A DNA stretch of 63,713 bases, counting the filler, from Craspedostauros australis (taxonomy: Eukaryota): assembly GCA_030167865.1 (NCBI GenBank). It is 9 parts of 9 records of this genome, joined end to end, with 100 filler letters (N's around TTAATTAATTAA, not from the genome) between each part and the next. Parts side by side here need not be neighbours in the genome. Positions count along the whole stretch, not along the records: positions 1 to 30,485 come from JALAGF010003347.1; 8 more parts are not named here. The stretch is one strand, 5' to 3'. The position numbers and the translations under genes are program-made. The notes under the pieces were generated by a model. It ran no database searches and had not been told where the DNA came from. It saw only the letters and a program-made list of their open reading frames with translations. How positions within the stretch are numbered: position 1 is the first letter of the stretch; each line of letters opens with the position of its first letter. Of the stretch, positions 11,480-22,837 are shown piece after piece.

Positions 11480-12552
11480 CTTGTCCACCCTCCTCGGCAT
11501 CACGATGCCTCACACGCGATCCTCTCCGCCGATTCAGTTTCTGCGCCTCACTTTGTATTATTGTGTGGAGATTCAAACTCATACACACGCAATCGTGTCA
11601 AACTGCCAATAACGGTCATCGGCTTGGAATGAACTTGTGTGGAGACGTGGTAGTCGTACTTGTCGCAAAAACCCATCTCTCATCGTGTTTTGTGTCAACC
11701 AGTCGTGCCAACCGTTTTTGCTTCGGCTTTGTTCGTTGTTGTGTTCGCGACCATCAATCGTTTTGCTTCGAGTCATGTATAATTGATCAGTCCTGTGCAT
11801 TTTTAGTCACGAAGCAAACGGCTCTCACTTTGTGGAGATTTTCCTTCGATTCTGCTGGTGCTCTCTCACATCCACATCAATCATCAAAGGGGAACGTCGG
11901 AGGGTCCCACAACAACTCGATCCCAATCAATTGCCAATCTCACCAATGTCCACCAGGAGCAAGAAGGTTTGCCCGTGTGCGTGTACGTGCATGAGTACGA
12001 ATGCGAGTACGATTAGAGAAGTCTATGAGATACCACGAAGCAAGTTGCTGTCGTGATGAATCGACGTTACCGCAGTTGGACGTGTTGAGTGGAGATGGTA
12101 TGACATGAGCCAACGGCCGCTCGTGTAATCTGGCGCCGGAAGCAAGTGCCGCAACAACTTTCAAGAAGTGGTTGCGATTGTGTCAAGCTTGTTGGAGTAC
12201 TCCAATACAAATACAGGCCATACTAAAGATGTTAGGGCTGGCGATTGCTCACACCCATGGTGTCTGGCTGTAATGCAGAACCCCGCCCGATTGGCCTGCA
12301 CCGCAATGCCCATGCCTTCACCTGCTGTTCTCCCTCTCCCTCTGCATCGCCCGATGTCCAATATCCCAGGTGGGACTTGAAGCAAGCCTTGCTTGTGCGT
12401 CTTGCGTACGGGACCTTCCTTCCTCCCCTGAATGCGTGCGTCTGGTTGGACCATCCCGCGAGCATCCTACTCCACACTCATCCCTCCCGATCCGCTTGCA
12501 GAGAATCGGTGTGATCACTGATTGGACGACTGTGCCGCTCAGCATCGCCGCT

Positions 12553-15500
12553 CTAGATACTTGATTCATCTCCAGAGTCTTCGACCAACCCACCCGCTGT
12601 TGGGACTGCGGCGTTGACAGGTCCAGTTGTGGGAACAGGCACAGTCGCTTGTGGTGTTGCAACCTCCGACTCTTTCACCAGAGTTTTTGCAACTGCGGCC
12701 TCTGCTGGTGCCGTTGTCGCCACCGTAGGCGCAGGTGCAGTTTCGATGGCAGCCGTAGGTGTGGGTGCTTTCGCAACCGGAAGCGCTGCAGTCACAGTTG
12801 GTACTGTTGGTGTTGTCGCCACCGTTGGCGCTGGTACAGTTTCGATGGCGGTCGCAGGGGTGGGTGCTTTCGTAACTGGAGGCGCTGCAGCCACAGCTGC
12901 TACTGTTGGTGTTGTCGCTGCCGCAACAGTCGTGTTCGTCGTCGTAGTTGCAATTGTTGGTGTTGACATCGGCGTCGGCGTTGTTCCGGTCGCCACGGCG
13001 GTTACTGGCATACCCGCGCCTACAGGGACCGTTGTTGTTGCTGCTGGTGGTGCTGCTGCTGTCGGTGGTGCCACAGCTGTGTTGGAAGTCCCCGTCACGG
13101 TTACAATGCCAGCCACAACTGGGGGCGGAACGGTTGCTACGCCGTTCATTGCTGGCGCTGCTGTTGCTGTCGGTTGCACGACAGGCATGGGCGCCACAAT
13201 AGGTGCTGGAGCCGGTGCTGCTGCTGGTACAGGCACTGCCATTGCCACTGGGACTCCGACCATGGGGGCTTGTACCACTGGGGTAGTGGCAGGACGAGCA
13301 ACGACGGTATTTGGGATCAAAGCCGTTGGTGCCACCGTAGTCACGGGCAGTTTGTGCTGCGGGACAACTCCAGGCACTGCTCCTCCCATTGCGTGTCCCA
13401 ACGAGGCTGTTGCTCTGACGTCAGCGATGGCGTTGCGGACTGTCGAATTCGCTGCACCAACAGGAGCTGCTCCGGCTGGAGTTATAGGGCTGTCCACTAC
13501 CATGATTGCTTGGCCGTTGGCCATGCCCATTTGCGTTGTATTCAGTGCCCCGGGGTGTGTAGTGTCGGGAGGGTGGATGAGGCCTCGCAGCGCCGCGCGG
13601 CGTCCGAACGACGCATACAGCCGGCGGTCGTACTCCTTGAGTGCCACCTGCACCCTCTCGTTGAGCATCCATTCCATGTCGGTACGGATGTAATCCAGCA
13701 CGGCTGTGATGGTCTGGTACACAGCCCTCCGGCTCCCGCAGTCTCTTGGAGGGTAGTAGTTTCGTTGCGACGAATTCTTGCGACGTGCCGTCGTCCATCC
13801 GAGCTCGGACAGGATCTTCCATACGGTCTCCTGCATGATGGGGTTGGAGAACTTGTGCGGCCTTGGCTTGTTGAGACCGCTCTGCGGCTTCATCAATCCG
13901 TCTGCATCCTTCTCCAGCGCATCTCGTTGGCGTTTTTGCTCGTTGATGTGTTCGTCGAACAGCTTGATGTAGCCGTCAAGGCCGAACACCTTGATCTCAG
14001 GCTGGAAGCGCAGGTCGTCGCCCATGATGAAACGCAAGACGTCCACTCCATTGTCGAAGTAGTCAACGCCGAGTTTGCCTGTCAGCTGTTCCTCACTGAT
14101 TTCTTCAATCTCCTCCTCCTTTTCCTGCGCTACAGCAGGCACCACATCGGAATGAGCGGCATCCTTGACCGCTGCGGTGGAGGCAGCAGCGGCGGCGACT
14201 TCGTCTTCTTTTGCCTTCTTCGCGTCTGCAGCCACGGCGGGGATGGCCGTGAGAACTGAATTCTTGTCAATGTGCTTGTTCACAATGTCGTTTGCAGCCG
14301 CTGCAGCACGCGCCGCATCGGAGATGATGCTAGAGGTGCCGGGTGTTGCTTCGGCCGCAGCAGCCGCAGCCTCCTTTTGTGCTTTCTCGTCAGCTGCCTT
14401 CTTGGCCGCAGCCTCGGCTTCTGTGGCATTATTTCCGGGGGTCTTCGTCCCCTTGATGAACAGTTTGCGTCCCTTGTGCTTACGAACCTTCCAGCCCTGT
14501 TGCAACAGCACCTTGAGGAGGGAGTTGTTAAAGCTCGGCTCGTGAAAGTCATGACCCATGAGCTTCCTCTTGTGCCTGGGAGTTCCGAGTCCCTTGTTCT
14601 TCGTGTTGAACGACGTCGAACCTCCGACATCGCCAGTCACCTTTTCGTACTCCGCAAGTGCTTCTTGCACACGCTCGTTGTCCCTCCATTCCGGATCGAC
14701 ACGCACGTAGTCCATGACCCTGCCGATGGAGTCAAAGACGCGCACCCTTTCGCCATCGGGCTTGGGAGGTGGGTGGTAGTTGCGCTGCGTCTTGTATGGC
14801 TTGGTGGTCGTCCATCCGAGATCTGTGAGCGCCTTCCAGATCGTCTCCTGGACGATGCAGTGGTTGAAGAACACCTTCTTCGCCTTCGTTGGCTTCGAGG
14901 CCGGTGTGGATGGTGTTGCGGCGCCATTCTCGCCAACGTGGATGACAGGTGCACCCCCATTTACGGCCGGGTTCCTTGTGGCTATGACTCGTGCGATAGG
15001 TGTGGTCGGGGCAGCCTCCGTCGTGTCCATGGATGCCACGGAGTCGGGTTCGGGAGATGACGGCTTTTTGGAAGGCGACTTGCGCGTTGCTCTCTTCTTG
15101 GCCTTCTTCTTGGGAGGCGATTCGTAGTACATGACGGGCACTGCCAGGACCTCCTTGTACGATGTGTCGGGCTTCTTGGCGCTGCGGCTGAGCGACGTGC
15201 GTCGGGTGCGCACGAGGAATCTGCGACCCCGACTCCTCTTCTCACCGGCTTTGGTGCCGTCCGGCTCACCATCTACCGAATTTGCATTCGCAGAGGCTTC
15301 GTCTTTGCCGTCGCCATTTTGTTGTTCCTCCTCGTTCTCCCCATCCCCCTTGTTGGTACCGGTATCCCCCTGATCGGCGCTGGAAGGAGTCTTGTCACCG
15401 CTCCCTGATGGTGGCGTTGGTGTTGTCACTGCTGTTGCTACTGCTGTTGCAACTGCGACAGCTGCTGCCAATCCCGACCCTGTCGACGGCTGTGTGTTCA

Positions 15501-15576
15501 GCATCTCCACCTCCTCCAGATCTTCGTCTGAATCGGGAGGCAGTGGCTGGACCTTGGGCTTCTTCAGAGATGCCAT
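12553..15576 (-). CDS. Large, probably nuclear protein with three W-x2-L-x3-GW-type domains and an Ala/Pro/Thr/Val-rich tail
   Basis: Single ORF of about 1007 aa from ATG 15576 (MASLKKPK). NLS-like PPKKKAKKR. Two homologous ~80-aa domains (QETIWKALTDLGW..QRNYHPP / QETVWKILSELGW..QRNYYPP) and a split third copy (LLQQGWKV...GVDYF). Confidence 0.75.
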   Translation of the reverse strand: MASLKKPKVQPLPPDSDEDLEEVEMLNTQPSTGSGLAAAVAVATAVATAVTTPTPPSGSGDKTPSSADQGDTGTNKGDGENEEEQQNGDGKDEASANANSVDGEPDGTKAGEKRSRGRRFLVRTRRTSLSRSAKKPDTSYKEVLAVPVMYYESPPKKKAKKRATRKSPSKKPSSPEPDSVASMDTTEAAPTTPIARVIATRNPAVNGGAPVIHVGENGAATPSTPASKPTKAKKVFFNHCIVQETIWKALTDLGWTTTKPYKTQRNYHPPPKPDGERVRVFDSIGRVMDYVRVDPEWRDNERVQEALAEYEKVTGDVGGSTSFNTKNKGLGTPRHKRKLMGHDFHEPSFNNSLLKVLLQQGWKVRKHKGRKLFIKGTKTPGNNATEAEAAAKKAADEKAQKEAAAAAAEATPGTSSIISDAARAAAAANDIVNKHIDKNSVLTAIPAVAADAKKAKEDEVAAAAASTAAVKDAAHSDVVPAVAQEKEEEIEEISEEQLTGKLGVDYFDNGVDVLRFIMGDDLRFQPEIKVFGLDGYIKLFDEHINEQKRQRDALEKDADGLMKPQSGLNKPRPHKFSNPIMQETVWKILSELGWTTARRKNSSQRNYYPPRDCGSRRAVYQTITAVLDYIRTDMEWMLNERVQVALKEYDRRLYASFGRRAALRGLIHPPDTTHPGALNTTQMGMANGQAIMVVDSPITPAGAAPVGAANSTVRNAIADVRATASLGHAMGGAVPGVVPQHKLPVTTVAPTALIPNTVVARPATTPVVQAPMVGVPVAMAVPVPAAAPAPAPIVAPMPVVQPTATAAPAMNGVATVPPPVVAGIVTVTGTSNTAVAPPTAAAPPAATTTVPVGAGMPVTAVATGTTPTPMSTPTIATTTTNTTVAAATTPTVAAVAAAPPVTKAPTPATAIETVPAPTVATTPTVPTVTAALPVAKAPTPTAAIETAPAPTVATTAPAEAAVAKTLVKESEVATPQATVPVPTTGPVNAAVPTAGGLVEDSGDESSI

Positions 15577-17564
15577 GGTTCTCGGATGCTGTGTGATGAG
15601 ATGCGGTTGCAGTTGCTTGGCGGTGCTGAGATGACTGCGCAGGTCTCCTTGCTTCCGTTGGATGAATAGATCCGTTGGGTGAATAGATAGATAGATGAAT
15701 GGACGGATGGATGGAGGTGATGTGATCAACTCAGATTCCTCTGCTCTGTGGAAAGGTAGACGTCTCTGTGTGTATTGCAAAAGTACGGTCGAGTATGGTG
15801 TGGTATGGCAAGAGCAGAGTCCCAGCACGGTGGTCACCAAAAATGAGAATGGCGCGAACAAGCTGTTTCTGAGCCGGCCTGCCGTTCCGAAACAACGTGG
15901 AAAGGTGGAGTAGGTCGTTCCAGAGGGGGCTTCACCTGTCTACCAGAGAGTATCTTGTATTGCGAGCCACAGAACAGTATTGCACAGGCTTTGGTGGAAC
16001 ACAACGTTGCGGTTGTTGGTGCCGTGTGGTGTAGTCTCTTGGCAATGGTGTTTGGCCTGCGTTGTACTTGCGGTTGTTGCGGTTGTGTGAACAGGTGTCG
16101 TGTGGAATGAAGGAGAGTATGTCAGGTATGTACGGCGGTAGAGCGTTGATGAGTGAGAATGCAATTCCGTCGTGAAGGCTCTTGCTTCGTTTGTGTGTCT
16201 TCCGCGCCGCTTGTTTGTGTTGTTGTTGTCGTGTTAAAATCACGGCGCAATTGCTTCGCCAGCAAACAACACGCACAAGAATCAGCGTTCTCATCGGCCT
16301 GCCACCGACAAACACCCACAAACAACGACAAGCGCTCGCAAACACCAACACGAATAGTCGTACGCGAAGAAACTCTCCGAGGGAGAGTAGCCTGTAGTGC
16401 ACGCCAGAGTAGCTCGCTGAGCGGAGTACGTGGTCTACGTAGCCTCTCGTAGCATTTCTTCACACGGAATCACCCATGTCAGTTGGGTTTGTGCACATGA
16501 CGTGATGTTTCCGAACACTTTCTGCGAGCACGCCTTGGTAGTAGTTCGTAGCGTTTGTTCTACGACGCTCTAATACTCCCGTAGCGCTATCGTAGAAACA
16601 ATACCGGGATAGGCCATAAGAACTGGCGACGACCATGTCTTCCCCATGTCCGATTCGTTCTTGGAACTGATTGCCCCCAAATCGATAGGGATAATTGCTA
16701 GGGATAAAGAAATCAACGGATGAAGCATGGTCACGTTTCCATAGAGACTTAGAAAGTACTAATGTCCAAGCACGATTCAGTCACGCATATTTTAGTCCTG
16801 CATGAGCTGAAAAAGTAAATGCCGACGGACAAACTCGGAGCCACAAGTTCATGATCAAAATTGTCCGTGGACACTTAGCGACGAAGCCAGAAGGCATCAC
16901 GTTTGTTCAACGGTGTTGTTGACACACGTCATTGCGACTCCAGCAGAACCAGCAACGACATCGCATCAAACAGAACATTGTACTTTCAACAAGTCCGAAC
17001 GCACAGACCCTCAGAACGATCGATCGATCGATCGGTCTGTGTCGTAGTGGTGTCGTTGTGCGGTGTGAACGCAGATGTCATCGGAGTTGTGCCTGGTTCC
17101 GCTCCAGGCTATCTGTCTGCACGAGAGGGGTTGGACCAGACTTGCGACAATTGGCGAGTGAACCGATCATTTGATCTTTGAGCCTGGGACCAGCGACCAC
17201 ATGATTCCAGATGCGCAGCTGCGCTCGTGTTGGTATTATGCAGTTTGGGATCGACTCTCTGCGTGCACTCTGCTCCAAATCGTGCTCCGACTACTCTGTA
17301 TTTGTTGAACTGTTCTCGCAGGGCGACGGCTGCAGCAAAGAGCCAAACAGAGGACGGATGGCATCGGTGGCATCCTTGTACTCGAGTAAAGTAGATTGGA
17401 ATAGAGCGGAGTAGGGTGAACGTCATGGATAGCGAGCTGATGGTCTATGCTTTTAGTGATTGATGCTGCCCCCTCGGCATTCTTTGCTGGACTTCATTGG
17501 GACGCGTTTGTGTTGCGCTACGACTAGATACTCCGTCATACCATCCAACCATGGCGCCCGAGCC

Positions 17565-18491
17565 TCAGTTCTTGTACCGCAGCCTGCGCAGACACTTGGG
17601 AGTCTTGGACTTGGGTTGGCTGAAAGAAGACAGCCGCATTGGGGATGGTTCTGTCCCACGGATCGCGGAGATGCTCAAACAACTCGGTCCAGCTACGATT
17701 GCTGGAATACTCATCGTGGAACGTCTTCGCGCCGATGACGACGATTGCGACGGCGACGATTGTGGCGACGATGATGCTGGTGTCTTCGTCGATGTTGGTG
17801 CTGTTGTTGGCACTGTTGTTGACGCTGGTGGCGAAGACATGGCAGGACAAGGCTCGCGCATCCACGTTCTGGTTGGCATGATCAGCATGTCGTCCACGGC
17901 GTCGAAGGACGGCCTACGAACTGGCGGCCTCACCGATCCATGTCCATTCGTCTGCAGCCCGTGATTCTCATTTGATCTGGAGCGGGTGAGGCGCCTTGAT
18001 GATGAAGGGAAGCTCTCCCATCGCGATCTGGCCTTCTCGTTCAGCTTCCTGCGCATCGAGTAGGGCAGGAGGTCTGAGATGGATCGCTCCAGGGGGTCGA
18101 ACCCCATCTCGTCACTCACGTCCAAGGAGCGGGCGCATGGCATGGAGAGACGTCGAGTGGATCGCCAGAGCTGTCGCAGCTGCTGTCGGCGGAAGATCTT
18201 CGACGATGAGATAGACTTGGCGTTGTCGCTGATGATAATCGGTACCGATGCCGATGTAGAAACTGGGCTGTCATTGATGCTGTTGCTGCTGCTGCGTTGA
18301 ATGGCGTCGTCGTTTTCATCTGCGTCATCGAGGATGAGATGGTCGAGGCTGAGGCCCATGTCCATCTCCTGCTCTCCTCTTGTCAAGGTGGAGGCACTAT
18401 CATTTCGCTGCTGTTGCTGCTGCTCCTGTTGCTTTGGTTGAGTGTTGGACTCGCTGAGGAGGTGCTGCATGAATTCTTGGAGAGCCGACAT
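17565..18491 (-). CDS. Hypothetical Ser/Arg-rich disordered protein
   Basis: ORF from ATG 18491 (MSALQEFMQHLL) after an A-rich leader. Short motifs IISDNA, SRWES and PPVRRPS resemble those of diatom low-complexity proteins. Confidence 0.6.
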   Translation of the reverse strand: MSALQEFMQHLLSESNTQPKQQEQQQQQRNDSASTLTRGEQEMDMGLSLDHLILDDADENDDAIQRSSSNSINDSPVSTSASVPIIISDNAKSISSSKIFRRQQLRQLWRSTRRLSMPCARSLDVSDEMGFDPLERSISDLLPYSMRRKLNEKARSRWESFPSSSRRLTRSRSNENHGLQTNGHGSVRPPVRRPSFDAVDDMLIMPTRTWMREPCPAMSSPPASTTVPTTAPTSTKTPASSSPQSSPSQSSSSARRRSTMSIPAIVAGPSCLSISAIRGTEPSPMRLSSFSQPKSKTPKCLRRLRYKN

Positions 18492-21400
18492 GGTGTTTGT
18501 GTATTGAATTTTGAGTTTTGTGTCTGTTGTGCATTTTATGAGCCAGGGATGGATGAGGTGACGGATCAACAACCGCCTGAGAGGTTTCGCTGTGTTTTGG
18601 CTTTGACATGGTACGCGTGTGGTACTCCGCTTCTCTGTTGTCCTTTCCTCTCCGATTTTGCATTTGCATGTGTGCTCCGATCTGTCACGATTGTCTGTTT
18701 GGATCTGGGTTTGCCTTCTGCAGTTCCTGCGCTTGGTGTTGTTCGCCTGAGAGTGCGCGAGGATGAAATGACTTGTGATTACCTTTCGTCCCCTTCTCTC
18801 TTTCGTGCGCTAATGGACCACGCAGAGCACACGTAAAAATTGGCGGACATAGCAGGAAGGTGCTTTCTCTCTGTCTCTCGAGAGACAGAGCGACAGAAAG
18901 AGAGGTAGGGACCATAATTGTGGCCTTCATACTCGCGAGTGTCGTTGGTATGATACAAGGTCCTCGTAGACGACGTATTACAGTTCGTCCCAGTCTGGGA
19001 CCTCCCTTGTTTGTTTGCGGCTTTGAGTTGTGCTTCACATGCCTTTCGCCTGTTGGTACCAGTTTGTTGCATCTTCGTCAAATTGTGGAGCCTGAACAAT
19101 CTGATCCAATCCCTCGCGAGACAAAATGTCCGATGGTCATCTCGGTGTATGTGAGGCTATTGGCGGGCCTTTCATGATGGCCTCCACATGAACAGGAGGA
19201 CAGTGTGCGCTTTGGGGTGAGGCACAATACGACCATGGTTGTTCGTCGTTATTGCCCAACCCGGAAATCGGACATACTCTGCACCTGTGTGTTTCAGGAA
19301 AGGATGATGAGTGCAACCTCCAATGCGCGCACCACAACATGCAGAGCAAATTCCATTCCAACACTTCCATGTGGTTGGACCTCGCACAACTATTTGCAGT
19401 GAAGTATATACACGACGAGTAGATCACGAGTGATCTCAGCATGCGTGCCGATACCAGCAATACATGTATTCTCTGTCTGTCTCTATGGAAAGCGCAAGAG
19501 GGGGGGGAAGGGGAGAGGCCTTGTATGGGAGGCATGCTATTCGCAATACCTCGCACACAGAGTGATGTGAAGTTCCGCACAACCAAGGAGGAGCAACCAA
19601 CAGGAGTCAGCCAACAGACACCCTGAAGGAATAAATTCGACAAGGACCGCACAAAATCAAGTAATTTTGTCGTTGCTCTTCTTCGTCACCTTTGCGTGAT
19701 TTTTCGCGCGAGTTGGTGCTTCCGCGTGTTCGTTGGTTCGCCATTCCTTCGTGAACCATCACAAGGTTGCGTAGTTGTTCGTGGACTCCCTTCGATGTGC
19801 TCGTACTTGTGTGATGGGAATAATACAAGTTCTCGAAGAAAGAGACCGTGTGGCGGCAGAGCGATAGAACAGCTTCGGGAAATCTTGTCCTCGAAGCAAC
19901 ATCGGCATTGGCGCCCTGACATACCCCCATGTACTCTATGTACACACGGATGTCACGCATGTATACATACCTGTTGTATTCCATGAACAAGCTACTCCAT
20001 GAAAGTTGGAGTGGTTTCCAGTCAGGTAATACTCTACTGTTAGCGTCATGCAGCATTGTGGTCCCATGTGTAGCTGTGTACGACGAGGGAGAAGCCGAGA
20101 TACGAGTGGATAGATACGAGGAGATAGGGTACTCCAGAGAGAGAGAGAGAGAGGCAGCGACGACACTCGCAAGCTGCCTTTCATCCATTCAGTACGAAGA
20201 TCGGCTCGTTCGTTCTTCTTTGGTTGCGCACTTGCGCCATCGCACGCTGCGCACCTACAACCATATTCTTTGGCTATCTTCTTGCAATGGTGAATCCTTC
20301 ACGGTTCCAGGCCTCTTACACGCGCGTGACCGATAGGAACGAGAGACAGCGAACGAGAGACGAGCCCTCGTCGCTCCCCATAAATGCCAACTTGTTTGCC
20401 TGTCGCGCTGGATTCATTCCTTTCTCACGTCAACGAACCTGATGCTTGTTCAACAGCCCTGCTTCACATACCTACAGGCGTACCTACCCAGCACCTGTTG
20501 TGCACCATTCATAACATTCACACTCACGGAGTCACTGGGAACAGATCAAAGATACTCGGTATTGCAAAACCGGCATCGGCGATGTCGCGAATGCACCACC
20601 ATTCTTCAAACCACGAAGATGACGAGCAGAAGTACAACCAGGCGTATCGGCAGCATGCAACCTGATCTGTTCCAACGCTCTTCAATGGAGAGGAGAGCAC
20701 CATGCTCCACTCCGCTCCGCTGCACTCTATCTTGCTCAAATCGGATTTGATCTGACCTGGTGTGATCTGATCCAATCGGATCTGATCGGATTCGATGTCA
20801 CGAGGGAAGCAGGAATACGCATGCTCATGTACCAGTAAGATCACGATCACTCTTGTGCATGAGAGAGTATCTGCTTGGTGACAAGTATGTATCGTGTCAA
20901 GGTCCTTTGGCAAACATCTTGAAATACACGCGCCCACATTCTCTTTGCGCGTAGCTCGTGTGCAGGTCGTGTTTTCTGTTGCTCGTACGCGACTAGAGTG
21001 GCCAAGATCATGCTCTCTGCAAGATTATACTGTACTCTATTCGAAGTCATCATCCTCGTTACAAAGCGGTTGTTCCACTATGCCATACTGAAGCTCTGCG
21101 TCTTCTCTAATCGTACGTAGGCGAATTGTGTCGACACAACAGTAGCAGCACCAGAGGCGACCACAGCGGCAGCAATACGGCCAAAGACAGTCAACTGGAC
21201 TTGACCCCCACCGCATCGCACAAAGCCTCGCCATTTGGTGGAGCAAGCGCTTCCAAAATGGAGCTGAGCAGAGGAGAGCACTCCATTGTGCTGTCTTCGA
21301 GTTGAGAGACATCATGCACAGCATCCACTGGCCGGTAAGATTACTCATCGGTATTTATGCATTTGACAATCGGTTCCATCTCGCCAGATTGTGGCACGGA

Positions 21401-22837
21401 TAGCCTCCTCTGACGCAGAAAGGAACGGCACCTCACGAACAGCATCGCGAGAAGTCGCTGTGAAGCCAACGACCAACCGAGGTCATCAATCAATTCATCC
21501 ATAGCTGCCCGTACGGATACCGGCATGGCACGATCACGAATACTCTACGAGTATAGCATCACCCGTCAGCTCGTCCCTCCATCCAACAGTGTGTTGATCC
21601 ATCACGACGGATGAGAACGTGCGCCACGTGATGGCTTCATCGGGATGTCCACCGATGCCAATGCCACCACGATTTGATCTCGGTTCCACGATTCCGAAAT
21701 TGCACGAACTGCAATACTGTGTCTATGTTTGATGTGGTAGACGTCGATCGAAGAAGTCGCTGATGGCGGACATGACCGTTGAGAAATAACCGTCAAACAA
21801 CCTCCACAGAAACTTGAGGACGAGTGGTTGACACGCTCAACAATCAACATCACTCCGCCGGCCCCTCACTCATCACACACGCACACACACAACACGACGA
21901 CAGACCAACAACACCATTCTCGCAAAACACTGTGGACCAGGGGCGACACAAGCAAGAGAGAGGACAAAGACGACGAGGAAGAGAAGGGAACGCAACTGGA
22001 ACGAGGGCAACTCCACCCAACGGAAGGCCACCAACATCGTTTCTCCATCAGCATACACACACACACACGAGCGAAGTAACATCTGCCACCACATCCAACA
22101 GTGAGCATCGAACAGTGAGCAACGAGCATTGGCCGTCTTCCGCAACCCTTGCCCTCTCAACCATCACACTTCATAGAATCTAGATCGATCGTCTTCTGTA
22201 ATCAGTGAAGCCCAAATTCTGCATTGTATTGCATCGCATCGCATCGCCTGACTCGTACACTGCGGTGATAGGTTGGCGCGAAAGAACGGAGGTCTGTGAC
22301 ATCTTCGGTGTCCTTTTCGGCGTACTTTTCGGCGGTCTGCAAGGATCCTTTCTCTCGTTGGGCATCGCACTGCAAAGTCATATTATATTGTGTAACAGGC
22401 CGTACCGAAGCATCTCTAGCTCCTCTTTCTCACTCAAAGCAGCACCAGGAACAGCCACGACGACGACGTCGACAGCATCTCGGATCCGAGGTGACGGAGC
22501 CTGTCATTCTGAGACGACATTGTTGTTGTCAGCAGCAGCATTACCAACAGCATTACCAACAGCAGTAGCATCACACGACTATCCATCTGCTTCTACACAT
22601 ACCAATACTGGTGGTCCACACTTCTCGGTTGACTCTGAGGCAAACGAATATCAAAGCAGCAACAGCCACCACAACCACCGGCGGCATCAACACCAGCAGC
22701 AAGGCCAGCAGCAACACCCTCGCTCACAATTCGAAGGTGGAAGAAATACAGCTAGACAGAGTGCGCTCGTTGTATCCAACAAAGACGCAACGCCATCTTC
22801 CTCCTCCTCAATAACAACAACAACAACAACCAGCAAC

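Noticed and set aside
12614..15060. Long plus-strand ORFs (359, 361 and 262 aa)
   Set aside because: Antisense to the low-complexity 12553-15576 gene.
18600..22200. Many short ORFs and a GATCT/GATCG pentamer tract (about 20740-20795)
   Set aside because: No coding signal; treated as intergenic DNA with simple repeats.
22205..22837. 211-codon N-terminal extension of the glyoxalase-II-like ORF
   Set aside because: Non-ATG start and CAA/CAG-rich leader-like composition; probably 5' UTR.
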